Positions 10,591-20,489 of a stretch of 64,000 nt of DNA are shown piece after piece. Every line of letters starts with the position of its first letter. Position 1 is the first letter of the stretch. This DNA is from an uncultured Acidimicrobiales bacterium (GTDB lineage: Bacteria; Actinomycetota; Acidimicrobiia; Acidimicrobiales; UBA10347), in contig CALSSD010000005.1 in assembly GCA_943788915.1 (NCBI GenBank), positions 310,001-374,000 of the forward strand, given 5' to 3'. Made by a program: the position numbers and the translations under genes. The notes beneath the pieces are model-generated. The model did no database searches, was not told where the DNA came from, and was given only the letters and a program-made list of their open reading frames with translations.

Positions 10591-12374
10591 GCTGATGCCC
10601 CTTCTGCGTAAGGATTCTCGAAGTCGTCGTCGAGCAGTGGTGCTTCAGACGTGACCACGTAGGGGCCATCGAAGTTGCCAACAGGTGGTGGCGACTCGGT
10701 GAGCCATTCGAGTGTGTGACCACCAACGGGATTGCGGTTGTCGATGTCTTCGTCGTCGTCGTCGCTACCGAAGAACACTGCGACCGGCACGGCGAGAAGG
10801 ACCAAGGCGAAGCCAGCGAATACCCCGAGCGCACCAATCAAGCTGATCAGGTTCATGACCTCGACGCCGTCGCGTGCCGAATATGCCGCAACAAAGTCTT
10901 CCTGCTCAAGGAAGCCACTGACCGCGTCGGGCAGCGCTGACAGCACCGCTCCGCCAAGCAGCGACAGGCCAGCAAGCATGCCCATACCCAAAGGCAGGCG
11001 GCGGCCGAAGATCTTCGATGACCAGTAGAACAGGCCAGCAACACCGGCAAGAAGACCAGCAATCAGAGCCAGCTGCAACATCGCGTTGGCGACTGAGGTA
11101 GCGGCGATCTCATCGAAGGTGTCATCGATCCAGCCCTCGAAGTCGGACAGGAATTCCCAGCCGTCGCCAGATCCTGATCCGGAACCCTGGAAGAAACCGA
11201 CGATGCTGTTGAGGAAACCAATCACGGGAGCGAGCAGGCTGTCGAGCACCCGCACTGCCGCCAATGCTCCGGCGAGCAGCAGCGCAACAAGTGCCATAAC
11301 CGATAGCGCCAAGTGAGCGGAGAGCTCGGGCGCACGTCCAGCAGCCTTGGCAGTGAGGGCACACGAGCCCAGGAATGCCAAGATCGGCAGGATCAATGTG
11401 ATCGAACCAACAACGTACAGCCACGTGGTGTTGGCGGTGGGGTTGAAGAACGTCTGGGCATACGCACCAAAGCTGAGTGCGCCAAAGACCCCGATGGCAA
11501 CCATGGCCATGTCGTAGCTCTTCAGCCGGCGGCGGAGTGCGACCGGCACGGTTTCGCCAAGCATGCCCAGCACGGGAATAGCGAAGGCAAAGACCTGGGG
11601 TTGATCAAAGACCCAGCTGATCTGTTCATACAGGTCGGCATCACCGAAACGTTGCGAAGCCTCGCCTCGGGCATCGATCCACATGATCATCAGGTTCGAA
11701 ATCAGCACTGGTAGCGACAACAGCCAGATACCGCCCGCAACCAGCATGGACCAGGTGAACAGTGGCACGTTGTAGAGCGACATGCCCTTGCTTCGCTCGG
11801 TGAAGATCGTGGTGACGATGACCAACGAGGCCATCAATAACGCAAGCACGACTGCGGCCAGCGCCAGCATAGAGAGTTGTGTTGATTGGCTTACAGCTCC
11901 GGGTCGTTCGACAAGGCCACCGTCGACAGCCCACGAAACCACCAGAATCACGCCGGCAACGGCCCACGACCACAGTGCGGCTGCGGCTGCTCGGGGGAAC
12001 GCCAGCGAGGGTGCCCCGATCTGCAACGGCACTACCACCATGGCAATACCGATCAGCAGCGGCATCACGAACAGGAACACCAGGCTCACTCGTTGCAGCG
12101 AGAACCACTGTTCAAACACGGTCGCGTTGCTGAAGATTGCAACGCTGTCGGTATCGACGCGTTCAATGCGCACCAGCACATCAGCAACGAGGGCGAACAG
12201 GCCAAAGAGCAGCGATCCCAAGATCCAGAGTCGACCAATGACCTTGTGGTCACCGCTCGACACGCCATCGGCGAGGATGTTGTTGGGAAGCCGTTCGTAG
12301 ACCGCAGGGGCCATTGCTTCGCGCACCGCTACGGGTGCCGCCGAGGCATCGGGCTCAATTTCAGTGAGAGTCAT
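10587..12374 (-). CDS. Heme-copper oxidase subunit I paralog lacking all six metal-binding histidines (putative pseudoenzyme)
   Basis: Colinear with CtaD (DHKVIG, PLQIGA..AFPR, PLFTW, FYW..KIFG, TLEW...PPP..NF) but ligand sites read SLQR, DQPQVF, AYAQT, AMLQL. Confidence 0.9.
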   Translation of the reverse strand: MTLTEIEPDASAAPVAVREAMAPAVYERLPNNILADGVSSGDHKVIGRLWILGSLLFGLFALVADVLVRIERVDTDSVAIFSNATVFEQWFSLQRVSLVFLFVMPLLIGIAMVVVPLQIGAPSLAFPRAAAAALWSWAVAGVILVVSWAVDGGLVERPGAVSQSTQLSMLALAAVVLALLMASLVIVTTIFTERSKGMSLYNVPLFTWSMLVAGGIWLLSLPVLISNLMIMWIDARGEASQRFGDADLYEQISWVFDQPQVFAFAIPVLGMLGETVPVALRRRLKSYDMAMVAIGVFGALSFGAYAQTFFNPTANTTWLYVVGSITLILPILAFLGSCALTAKAAGRAPELSAHLALSVMALVALLLAGALAAVRVLDSLLAPVIGFLNSIVGFFQGSGSGSGDGWEFLSDFEGWIDDTFDEIAATSVANAMLQLALIAGLLAGVAGLFYWSSKIFGRRLPLGMGMLAGLSLLGGAVLSALPDAVSGFLEQEDFVAAYSARDGVEVMNLISLIGALGVFAGFALVLLAVPVAVFFGSDDDDEDIDNRNPVGGHTLEWLTESPPPVGNFDGPYVVTSEAPLLDDDFENPYAEGASA

Positions 12375-12538
12375 GCGAAGTGCAGTTCGTAAGAGTTGTT
12401 GACAGTTCTGTCGTACAAGGATGTCGTATGGGACGTTCGGCCGGGCCGGTGAGCCCGATTGCTACTGCCGATGCTAAGACCGGAGCGGCACGCCAGCGGG
12501 GACCGCTGCACGGTGCACTGTAGCGACCGAAACCCCGC

Positions 12539-12556
12539 TTGTTCAAAACCGCACAA
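12539..12556. promoter_or_regulatory. Possible Rex-like operator upstream of the oxidase operon
   Basis: TTGTTCAAAACCGCACAA: 18-bp TTGT-N10-ACAA frame resembling TTGTGAA-N4-TTCACAA with several mismatches; TACAGT nearby on minus strand. Confidence 0.3.
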
Positions 12557-12606
12557 GCGAGATATTGCGCTGTTTTTTCGAGAGGAGTTGTGGTCTCGGT
12601 ACATAG

Positions 12607-13521
12607 TTAGACCAGTTGGTCCACAGCCATTGCTCCGAAGAGCAACACGACATAGGTGATCGACCAGCCAAATAGGGCCATTGCGGGCCCCGGTTGCGGG
12701 TCTCGGGCAACACGAATCGCGTACCCGAGAAACACGGCGCCAAGCACCGCAGCCGAGACAAGATAAATCATGCCCATGTCGGCAACTGGCCCAAATACGA
12801 GCGTCAGAGCCCATAGCAGCACGGTGTAACCGACAATTCGGCGAGTCACGGTGGCCAGATCGGCCACCGCTGGCAGCATCGGCACATCGGCGGCTGCGTA
12901 GTCATCTTTGTATTTGATGGCGAGCGCCCAGAAGTGTGGAGGTGTCCAGTAGAAGATGATCGCGAAGAGAACGATCGGTGCCCAGTTGCGGCCAACGGTC
13001 AGATCGAGCGAACCAGTCACGGCGGTCCAGCCGACCAGCACTGGCACAGCTCCAGCTGCGCCTCCGATCACGATATTGCTGGTAGAGCGGCGCTTGAGCC
13101 ACAGCGTGTACACGAAGACATAGAACAACATGGCCGATACGGCAAGCACCGCGCTGATCAGGTTGACGAAGTACCACAGGAAAACAAAGGCAATGGCTTC
13201 GAGCGCCAACGCAAACACCAATGCCTCGGTGGGCTGTACCACGCCGGTGACCAACGGGCGCCCTTTGGTGCGATCCATAATGGCGTCGATATCGCGGTCG
13301 ACATACATATTGACAGCGTTTGCGCCGCCAGCAGCCAGGGTTCCGCCGATAACCGTGGCGATGATGAGCCACAGCCCGGGCCACCCTCGTTTCGCAACGA
13401 TCATGGCTGGCACGGTCTCGACAAGCAGCAACTCGATGATGCGAGGCTTCGTAAGCGCCACAAAACCCTTGATGCGCGTCCCCCGACTTGCAGGATCGCT
13501 CGTTTGCAGCACCGTTGCCAT
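12607..13521 (-). CDS. ctaB: Protoheme IX farnesyltransferase (heme O synthase)
   Basis: LTKPRII, N.Y.DRDID..M.RT..RPL, YT.WLKR, NIVIGG.AG, WTPPHFWALA, DY....VPM. Confidence 0.96.
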   Translation of the reverse strand: MATVLQTSDPASRGTRIKGFVALTKPRIIELLLVETVPAMIVAKRGWPGLWLIIATVIGGTLAAGGANAVNMYVDRDIDAIMDRTKGRPLVTGVVQPTEALVFALALEAIAFVFLWYFVNLISAVLAVSAMLFYVFVYTLWLKRRSTSNIVIGGAAGAVPVLVGWTAVTGSLDLTVGRNWAPIVLFAIIFYWTPPHFWALAIKYKDDYAAADVPMLPAVADLATVTRRIVGYTVLLWALTLVFGPVADMGMIYLVSAAVLGAVFLGYAIRVARDPQPGPAMALFGWSITYVVLLFGAMAVDQLV

Positions 13522-13714
13522 CGCTGACGATGCTAACCGTGCCAATGGGCCTCGCGAGGCTTGATAGCGGCCTTCTTTTGCGGTCTTTTGTCCGATGAGC
13601 GCGCCAAAGCGAGTGAGCTCCCGACGCGTGTGGCCCATCGCGCATCGATCATCGGGGTGTATCTCGCGTTGTACAGCGACACAAGTGAGGCCCAATATCA
13701 GCGATCTGGGCGAG

Positions 13715-13967
13715 GGTGTTCACCAAACTCACCGGGACCGTAGACCCGTGAAGCTCAGACCGTGTTTGCGGAGCCTGCGGAGCAAACACGTACTACCGCG
13801 GTGTTCACCAAACTCACCGGGACCGTAGACCCGTGAAGCTCAGACAGTGTTTGCGGAGCCTGCGGAGCAAACACGTACTACCGCGGTGTTCACCAAACTC
13901 ACCGGGACCGTAGACCCGTGAAGCTCAGACAGTGTTTGCGGAGCCTGCGGAGCAAACACGTACTACC
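13715..13967. repeat. Tandem repeat, 3 x 85 bp, REP-like with internal hairpin
   Basis: Units start 13715, 13800, 13885; nearly identical; contain GTGTTTGC..GCAAACAC inverted pair; reverse complement shares CTGTCYGAGCT and TCTACGGTCCCGG with repeats at 24343 and 30500. Confidence 0.95.
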
Positions 13968-13983
13968 CGGCATACTCCAATGC

Positions 13984-15447
13984 GTGAACGCAGGAATGGC
14001 TCGAGCTCTTGTCGCTGGTAGTTCGGCTGCTGTTCTGGTGCTTGAGATTCTGGCTGGCCGACTACTCGCGCCCTATGTCGGTGTGTCGTTAGAGACGTTC
14101 ACCGGCATCATCGGCATCGTCTTAGCGGGTATCGCAACCGGCGCATGGGCAGGCGGGGCGCTAGCCGACCGCAGCGACGCAAGGCCGCTGATCGGGGCAT
14201 CGTTGGCGATCGGGGGCGGGTTGACCTGGCTCGTCCTTCCGATTCTCAGTGCGCTTGGCCCTCAGTTCGGTGACGGAACACTCGCCATTATCATCTTGAG
14301 CACCGCAGCGTTGTTCCTACCTGCCGCAGTTCTCACCGCAGTCTCCCCCATGGTCGCGAAGCTTCGTTTGGGAAGCCTCGACGACACCGGCGCTGTTGTC
14401 GGTGGGCTTTCGGCAGCCGGAACGTTGGGGGCACTCGCCGGTACCTTCATCACTGGGTTCATTTTGGTCTCTGCGCTGCCCACCCGACTCACCGTGATGG
14501 CGTTGGGTGCCGTGCTGGTCATCGCAGGAGCGATCACTCACGGCTATTTCACCAAGAAAGCACCAACGGCCAGTGCCGTCGTCTTGGTGCTTGCTGCTGC
14601 GTTTCTCGGAACGACATCAAACCCGCCGTGTGAATACGAGACGAGCTACTTCTGCGCCAACATCGTGGCCGACGAAGACAACCCCAGAGGGCGCAGCCTG
14701 TATCTCGACGGCCTGCGTCATGCCTATATCGATCTCGATGATCCAACACATCTGGACATTCGTTACATCCGATTGTTCGCACAAGTTTCCGACGCCTTGG
14801 CTGATGGCCCGCTCGACTCGTTACATATTGGCGGCGGCGGTTTCTCGTTCCCTCGGTATCTGCAACAGACCCGCCCCGGTGGCACCGACGTGGTGCTCGA
14901 GATCGACGCCGCACTGGTCGATCTGGTCGAAGACGAACTGGGGCTGGTGCAGAACGAAACGTTTCAGGTCCAGGTTGGCGACGCCAGGTTGGCGCTGAGC
15001 GACTTCACCGACGACCGCTTCAACTTCATCGTTGGCGACGCATTCTCGAGCCGAGCCGTGCCGTGGCATCTCACGACCCGAGAGTTCCTGGCCGAGGTCG
15101 ACCGAGTCATGACCAACGACGGCGTCTACGTGATGAACATCATCGACGGTGGTTCGTTCGACTTCGCTCGAGCCGAAGTCGCCACCCTGATGCAAATCTT
15201 CGACAACGTGCAGGTGGTCATTCCACCAGACGGTTTACCCGCCCAGGGCTTCTCGAACGTGATGCTTGTTGCATCACGGTCGGAACTGCCGGACCTCGGC
15301 ATCGCCAGTGAAGATGGCCAAGCGCTGAGCCCCGCGATCCGAGGCAAAGGCAGCCGAACGTTCACGGACTCTGAGACGGTGGCGTTCTGGGACGGCGCAG
15401 ACTGGTTGCGCGATGACTACGCCCCAGTCGACCAACTGCAGCAGTAA
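13984..15447 (+). CDS. Fused MFS-like membrane domain / spermidine synthase-like SAM methyltransferase
   Basis: LEILAGRLLAPYVGVSL N-terminal TM domain; LHIGGGG, EID, GDAR, DAF, P.HLTT.EF, DDYAPVDQL. Start GTG 13984 or ATG 13996. Confidence 0.9.
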   Translation: MNAGMARALVAGSSAAVLVLEILAGRLLAPYVGVSLETFTGIIGIVLAGIATGAWAGGALADRSDARPLIGASLAIGGGLTWLVLPILSALGPQFGDGTLAIIILSTAALFLPAAVLTAVSPMVAKLRLGSLDDTGAVVGGLSAAGTLGALAGTFITGFILVSALPTRLTVMALGAVLVIAGAITHGYFTKKAPTASAVVLVLAAAFLGTTSNPPCEYETSYFCANIVADEDNPRGRSLYLDGLRHAYIDLDDPTHLDIRYIRLFAQVSDALADGPLDSLHIGGGGFSFPRYLQQTRPGGTDVVLEIDAALVDLVEDELGLVQNETFQVQVGDARLALSDFTDDRFNFIVGDAFSSRAVPWHLTTREFLAEVDRVMTNDGVYVMNIIDGGSFDFARAEVATLMQIFDNVQVVIPPDGLPAQGFSNVMLVASRSELPDLGIASEDGQALSPAIRGKGSRTFTDSETVAFWDGADWLRDDYAPVDQLQQ

Positions 15448-15486
15448 CCCGACGGCTGGAACAACCAAGCGCTGTCGTTGTCCGAT

Positions 15487-16845
15487 CTAGGTCATGGGGC
15501 TGATGGCGTTGGCTTCGGGTGGCCCCCAGCCGCCCCGGCTGTACTGCAATACCGGGTCACCAATGTCGAGCAGAGGATCGACGATGCGCCACGCCTGTTC
15601 GACACCATCTTGGTGGGCAAACAACCGGGAATCGCCGGCGAGCGCATCACCGATAAGCCGTTCATACGGGTCCGGGCCGGCGCCACCAAGCGCTTCGCCG
15701 TAGTCGACCGACAAGTCCACCGGCGCGGAAATCATTTCGTCGCCCGGTGTCTTGGCTTGCATCGTCAAGGTGATGGCGTTATCGGGTTTCATCCGAAAAC
15801 GAAGGATGCTTGAGCCAGCCATTTTGTCGACACCGCCGAACATGGCCGTGGGTGGAGGCCGAAACTCGACGACTGCTTCGGTGATCGTTTCGGCCATACC
15901 CTTGCCGGCACGGATGGCGAAGGGTACGCCGCTCCAGCGCCATGAGTCGATGAACAGTTCTAGGGCAACGAACGTTTCGGTCTGCGAGTCGGGCTCAACA
16001 CCGGCCTCTTCGAGGTACCCCAGATACTGGCCCCGCACAGAACGTGCCGGATCGCCAGGTCGCATTGCCCGCAGCACCTTGACCTTTTCGACGCGCAACG
16101 AGTCGGCGGCCTCGTCGGCAGGCGGTTCCATAGCGAGCAATGCGATCATCTGCAGCAGATGGTTCTGGACGACGTCTCGGATGGCGCCAACCTCGTCATA
16201 AAAACCACCTCTGCCAGCGATGTCGAATGACTCGGCCATGGTGATCGTCACACGGCTGATGTGGTGGCGGTTCCAGACACCTTCGAGCATGGCGTTTGCG
16301 AACCGGAACACCAGCATGTTCATGACCGCTTCTTTACCCAGGAAATGATCGATGCGATAGATCGCGTCTTCGGTGAAGTGGCGATGCAATATTTCGTTGA
16401 GTTCTTGAGCCGAGGCGAGGTCACGCCCGAATGGTTTCTCTACCACGATGCGACCGCGATCGAGCCCGACCTCGGCCAACCCGGTTGCGACATCGTCGAA
16501 CAACGCTGGAGGGATAGCCAGAAACGAAACCGGCACGGGTTCGTGTTCGCCTACGGCTTTAGCCAGCCGATCGTAGGTTTCGGATCCGGTGTAGTCGCCA
16601 CGAACATAGGTGATCCGACTGACGAGATCGTCGACAAAGGTCGAGTCGTGATGCGCAAGCGCCTTGCGGGCCCGCGCCCGCATCGTTTCGTCGTCTCCCT
16701 CACTGCGGGCCACACCGATCACCCGAGGACGAATGCCATCGACGGTGAGTTCGTACAACGCAGGCAACAACTTCTTGTATGCCAGGTCGCCAGTGATCCC
16801 GAACAAGATCACGGTGTTCGAACGTTGGGCAGCATGTGGGCTCAT
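15487..16845 (-). CDS. zwf: Glucose-6-phosphate 1-dehydrogenase
   Basis: FGITGDLA, VEKPFGRD, RIDHFLGKE, RDVVQNH, RAGK, YERL; GAGG upstream of ATG 16845. Confidence 0.96.
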   Translation of the reverse strand: MSPHAAQRSNTVILFGITGDLAYKKLLPALYELTVDGIRPRVIGVARSEGDDETMRARARKALAHHDSTFVDDLVSRITYVRGDYTGSETYDRLAKAVGEHEPVPVSFLAIPPALFDDVATGLAEVGLDRGRIVVEKPFGRDLASAQELNEILHRHFTEDAIYRIDHFLGKEAVMNMLVFRFANAMLEGVWNRHHISRVTITMAESFDIAGRGGFYDEVGAIRDVVQNHLLQMIALLAMEPPADEAADSLRVEKVKVLRAMRPGDPARSVRGQYLGYLEEAGVEPDSQTETFVALELFIDSWRWSGVPFAIRAGKGMAETITEAVVEFRPPPTAMFGGVDKMAGSSILRFRMKPDNAITLTMQAKTPGDEMISAPVDLSVDYGEALGGAGPDPYERLIGDALAGDSRLFAHQDGVEQAWRIVDPLLDIGDPVLQYSRGGWGPPEANAISPMT

Positions 16846-16912
16846 GTGGTCAACCTCGTAGCACGATGCGAATTGGCCTGTGTCCTCTTTCGCGGTGTCA
16901 TCTTTCGCGGTG

Positions 16913-17929
16913 TCATCCTTCTCGGGCCTTCTTCTCGTGGTGACCGCCGAAGCCAGCACGCATGGCCGACAACACCTTGCTCGCGAATTCATCCTGGTTG
17001 CGGCTAGCAAATCGGGACGTGAGCGATGCAGTAATCACCGGCGCAGGAACAGCCAGATCGATTGCAGCCTGCGCGGTCCATCGACCTTCACCTGAGTCGC
17101 TGACGTGGCCGCTGTATTCAGCCAACTCGGGACTCATAGCCAGCGCCTCGGCAGTCAGATCGACGAGCCATGAAGAGATCACGCTCCCCCGGCGCCACAC
17201 TTCGGCGACCGCACCAACATCGATAGCAAACTCGTAGTACTTGCCATCACGCATCGGCGTGGTCTCGGCGTCCAGGTCCTGCGACACCCGACCAAGGTCG
17301 GCTTGTTCAAGGACACCAAGACCTTCCGCAATAGCGGCCATCATGCCGTACTCGATTCCGTTGTGAACCATCTTCACGAAGTGACCGGCGCCGCTTGGGC
17401 CACAGTGCAACCAGCCAGCCTCGCCTGGGCGAAGAGGACCATCAGCGGTCCGCTCAGCCGACTCGACCCCTGGCGCGAGATCTTCGAAGATCGGCGTGAG
17501 ATGTTCGATCGCGACATCGGAGCCCCCGATCATCAGGCTGAACCCACGCGCAAGACCATGTACGCCCCCGCTCGTGCCAATATCGACGAAATGCACACCG
17601 GTTGGAGCCAGTTCCTCGGCCAAGTCGACATCGTCGCGCCAATTGCTGTTGCCACCGTCGATCACGATGTCACCGGGTTCGAGCAGTGCGGCGACTTCGC
17701 GCACAACAGAACCAGCGAATGCCGCTGGCACCATGACCCACACGGCCCGTGGCGCCGCCATCTGGCCGACAAGTTCTTCGATCGAGGCAGCACCGGACGC
17801 TCCTGCCTCGACGATGTCGATGACGGCCTCGGCATTGCGGTCATACCCAAAACACTGATGACCTGCCAACTGCAGCCTGCGAACCAGGCCATTACCCATA
17901 CGTCCTAATCCGACCATTCCTAGTTGCAT
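16913..17929 (-). CDS. gnd: 6-phosphogluconate dehydrogenase, decarboxylating (short NAD-type)
   Basis: GLGRMG, IDGGNS, GTSGG, GHFVKMVHNGIEY, DSGEGRWT, FGGH. Confidence 0.95.
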   Translation of the reverse strand: MQLGMVGLGRMGNGLVRRLQLAGHQCFGYDRNAEAVIDIVEAGASGAASIEELVGQMAAPRAVWVMVPAAFAGSVVREVAALLEPGDIVIDGGNSNWRDDVDLAEELAPTGVHFVDIGTSGGVHGLARGFSLMIGGSDVAIEHLTPIFEDLAPGVESAERTADGPLRPGEAGWLHCGPSGAGHFVKMVHNGIEYGMMAAIAEGLGVLEQADLGRVSQDLDAETTPMRDGKYYEFAIDVGAVAEVWRRGSVISSWLVDLTAEALAMSPELAEYSGHVSDSGEGRWTAQAAIDLAVPAPVITASLTSRFASRNQDEFASKVLSAMRAGFGGHHEKKAREG

Positions 17930-18079
17930 GCCTGGCAACCTAACCGCGATCCAGAACTGAGGCTCGACTCAACCAGCTGGGCCCGTTGCCCCTCTTGGTG
18001 AGCCGACCGAATGAAACGGTCCGGGCCGAGAACGTTGAAACGGCACAGGATTTCTTGCTGCGGCACTATCGTCCCGGGC

Positions 18080-19243
18080 GTGTCATTTGGAGCTCGCGAC
18101 CGACGAGCAACTGCATCGGTCGCAGTGCAGTTCTTCGTGAATGGCGCAATCTTTGCTTCGTTCATTCCGAGGCTTCCCGAGATCCGCGACCGCATCGGCG
18201 TATCGACCGGTGTGCTTGGTGCGCTGATGACCACCGCCCTGGTCATCGGCCTCGCAGGCAGTCTGGCTTCGGCCCGGATCCTGGATCGATTTGGGACCCG
18301 GGTATCGCTGATCGGCGGAGCGTGCCTGCTCGTACTCACCCTGCCACTTATTGGGTTTGCTACAACACCGGCCGTGTTCGTGATCGCACTCGGCTTCATG
18401 GCAGCACTCGATGTCATTGTTGACGTCTCCATGAATCTGCAGGGTTCATGGTTAAGTGGCCGCCGCCACGCGCCGATCATGAACCGACTGCACGGCCTTT
18501 GGAGCCTGGGCACGGTGGTTGGAGGCTTGGCCGCGGCCCGGTTGACGGCCAGCGACGTATCGCTACAAGTGCATCTTGTTGGCGTATCCATGGTGCTGTC
18601 ACTTGCTCTCATCTTCATTAGTCGAGGTTTGTTGCGCACCGACGAACATGCCGAGGGAAAACCAATCGGATCCAGTGGCATCGCCGGGACCAGTCGCCTT
18701 CCGCTGCTACTCCTTGCCTTAGCAGGAGCCCTCGCGATATCGGTGGAGCTGGTTTCGAACGATTGGGCGGCCTTCCGACTGCGAGATGATTTCGAAACAT
18801 CTGCAGGTTTTGCCGGTCTCGGATTCGTGGCCTTCACGCTGGGTATGACCGCGGGCCGGTTCAGCGGTGATGCACTTCAGGTTCGACTCGGCCATGACCG
18901 ACTCGCTCGCATCTCCGTGCTCGCAGCGACCGCAGGGCTCACTGGAGCGGCGCTGCTTCCCGACAAGTACGCCGTACTTGCTAGTTATGTCATGGCTGGC
19001 GCTGGCGTGTCCACCTTCTTCCCCAAGCTCTACGACGACGCCGCGCAGCTACCCGGCAAACGAGGCGCTGGACTCGCTGCGCTGACCGCAGGGTCACGAG
19101 TCACGGGGCTTCTTGTGCCAGCAGTCGTCGGCGGTTTGACTGCGACATCGTTGTCGGTAGGAACAGCCACCGGAATCGTGGTGATCCCAAGTGCGCTGGC
19201 GTTTGCCGCGCTGACGTTCTACGTGCCCGGACAGCAGCGTTGA
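18080..19243 (+). CDS. MFS transporter
   Basis: About 12 hydrophobic segments; DVSMN, MNRLHGLWSLG, GRF.GD motifs; start uncertain (18011-18080). Confidence 0.88.
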   Translation: MSFGARDRRATASVAVQFFVNGAIFASFIPRLPEIRDRIGVSTGVLGALMTTALVIGLAGSLASARILDRFGTRVSLIGGACLLVLTLPLIGFATTPAVFVIALGFMAALDVIVDVSMNLQGSWLSGRRHAPIMNRLHGLWSLGTVVGGLAAARLTASDVSLQVHLVGVSMVLSLALIFISRGLLRTDEHAEGKPIGSSGIAGTSRLPLLLLALAGALAISVELVSNDWAAFRLRDDFETSAGFAGLGFVAFTLGMTAGRFSGDALQVRLGHDRLARISVLAATAGLTGAALLPDKYAVLASYVMAGAGVSTFFPKLYDDAAQLPGKRGAGLAALTAGSRVTGLLVPAVVGGLTATSLSVGTATGIVVIPSALAFAALTFYVPGQQR

Positions 19244-19451
19244 TCACAGAAACAGTGGCTGCCATTTCGTCTGTCGAGAGATCGTCTTCGTACCAACGGC
19301 GGTCGTCCATCCGGCGCATCACACCACTCGCTGGCACCTGTGGGTGGACCAAGATGGAGTAGTTCACCGGGGACTTCATCGTCTCGACACTGATGCCTGG
19401 CTGTGCCAGTGCCACATCACCCCGATCAAACGACCTACCGCACGTCCCGCC

Positions 19452-19482
19452 TAACGAATCGGTGCCAGGCACGCGTTCGTTA
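19452..19482. repeat. GGTGCC-W-GGCAC palindromic REP-like element
   Basis: TAACGAATCGGTGCCAGGCACGCGTTCGTTA imperfect palindrome; same core as 43196-43224. Confidence 0.65.
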
Positions 19483-19574
19483 TCCGAAGATGACCCTGGA
19501 CGGAAAAGGCGACGTGTCCGGCTTCACGTTCGCGCAACGTGGGAAGGACGGTGCCATCGGGGCAAACTAGACGG

Positions 19575-20489
19575 GTGACTCCGGCTCGTTATCGACAGGT
19601 CACGGGAATAGCGCTTATGGCGTTAGCCGTGATCGTGGTTACCGGAACTGCCGTGCGTTTGACCGCATCAGGTCTCGGCTGCAGCGATTGGCCGACCTGC
19701 GAAGAAGGTCAGCTGATCGCCGACTTCTCGTTGCACCCCATGATCGAGTTTGTCAACCGGGTGTTCACGGGCTTTGTGGCGGTGGCCGTCATCGTGGCCG
19801 TCCTGGCATCACTGTTTCGCAAACCTCGCCGACGCGACCTGACCTTGCTGTCATGGGGGCTGGTCGCTGGAGTCATAGGCCAGATTGCGCTCGGGGCGGT
19901 CACGGTCCTGACGCATCTGAATCCATGGGTAGTCATGAGCCATTTCTTGCTGTCGATGGTCTTGGTGGCAAACGCGACCGTCCTGCACGCCCGAGCCGGC
20001 TATGACCCGGTGCCGCCAGAGCGCGCGGGCCGTTGGTACCGATGGCCGATCACTTTGCTCACGACCGCGGCAATTACCGCAGGAACTCTCGTTACCGGAT
20101 CGGGCCCCCACGCTGGTAGCGAGGACGGTGACCCCATCGAGCGCATGCCCTTCGATGTGCCGAATGTTGCCCGCATTCATGGCGGCATCGTGATCGCCCT
20201 CGTAGCGGTTGTGATCGCCGCTATGTGGCACCTCAACAAGACCAACGCCCCACAAGCGGAACAGTGGCGAGGGCGACTTGTGCTGTTGTCGCTGATCCTG
20301 CAAGCCGGCATCGGTTATACCCAATACTTCACCGGTGTTCCCGTGCTTCTTGTTGGTTTCCACATCGTTGGAGCCACCCTCACCTGGATCGCTGTGTTGT
20401 GGTTTCACCTGGATATGTCGCCCGAACCTGATGAACTTGGCGACAAACGTGGCATCCATGCCGGTGAACCTTCCATACTGGTGTCATGA
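19575..20489 (+). CDS. ctaA: Heme A synthase (COX15/CtaA)
   Basis: [45 protein letters not shown] motifs. Confidence 0.93.
   Translation: MTPARYRQVTGIALMALAVIVVTGTAVRLTASGLGCSDWPTCEEGQLIADFSLHPMIEFVNRVFTGFVAVAVIVAVLASLFRKPRRRDLTLLSWGLVAGVIGQIALGAVTVLTHLNPWVVMSHFLLSMVLVANATVLHARAGYDPVPPERAGRWYRWPITLLTTAAITAGTLVTGSGPHAGSEDGDPIERMPFDVPNVARIHGGIVIALVAVVIAAMWHLNKTNAPQAEQWRGRLVLLSLILQAGIGYTQYFTGVPVLLVGFHIVGATLTWIAVLWFHLDMSPEPDELGDKRGIHAGEPSILVS

Noticed and set aside
10587..12374. cbb3-type oxidase or nitric oxide reductase subunit
   Set aside because: Those families keep the heme-ligating histidines; none is present, and the backbone follows the A-type CtaD.
10587..12374. Decayed pseudogene of ctaD
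   Set aside because: No stops or frameshifts over 595 codons despite deep divergence; coupled to downstream genes; losses concentrate on catalytic residues.
13715..13967. CRISPR array
   Set aside because: Whole 85-bp units repeat with no unique spacers; no cas genes in the window.
16875..16925. 15-bp repeats suggesting an N-terminal extension of zwf (DDTAK repeats)
   Set aside because: A better start with RBS lies at 16845; the repeats are a small intergenic duplication.
19243..19440. Possible gene fragment on the minus strand (MKSPVNYSILVHPQVPASG...)
   Set aside because: Runs antisense into the MFS gene and I cannot assign any family.
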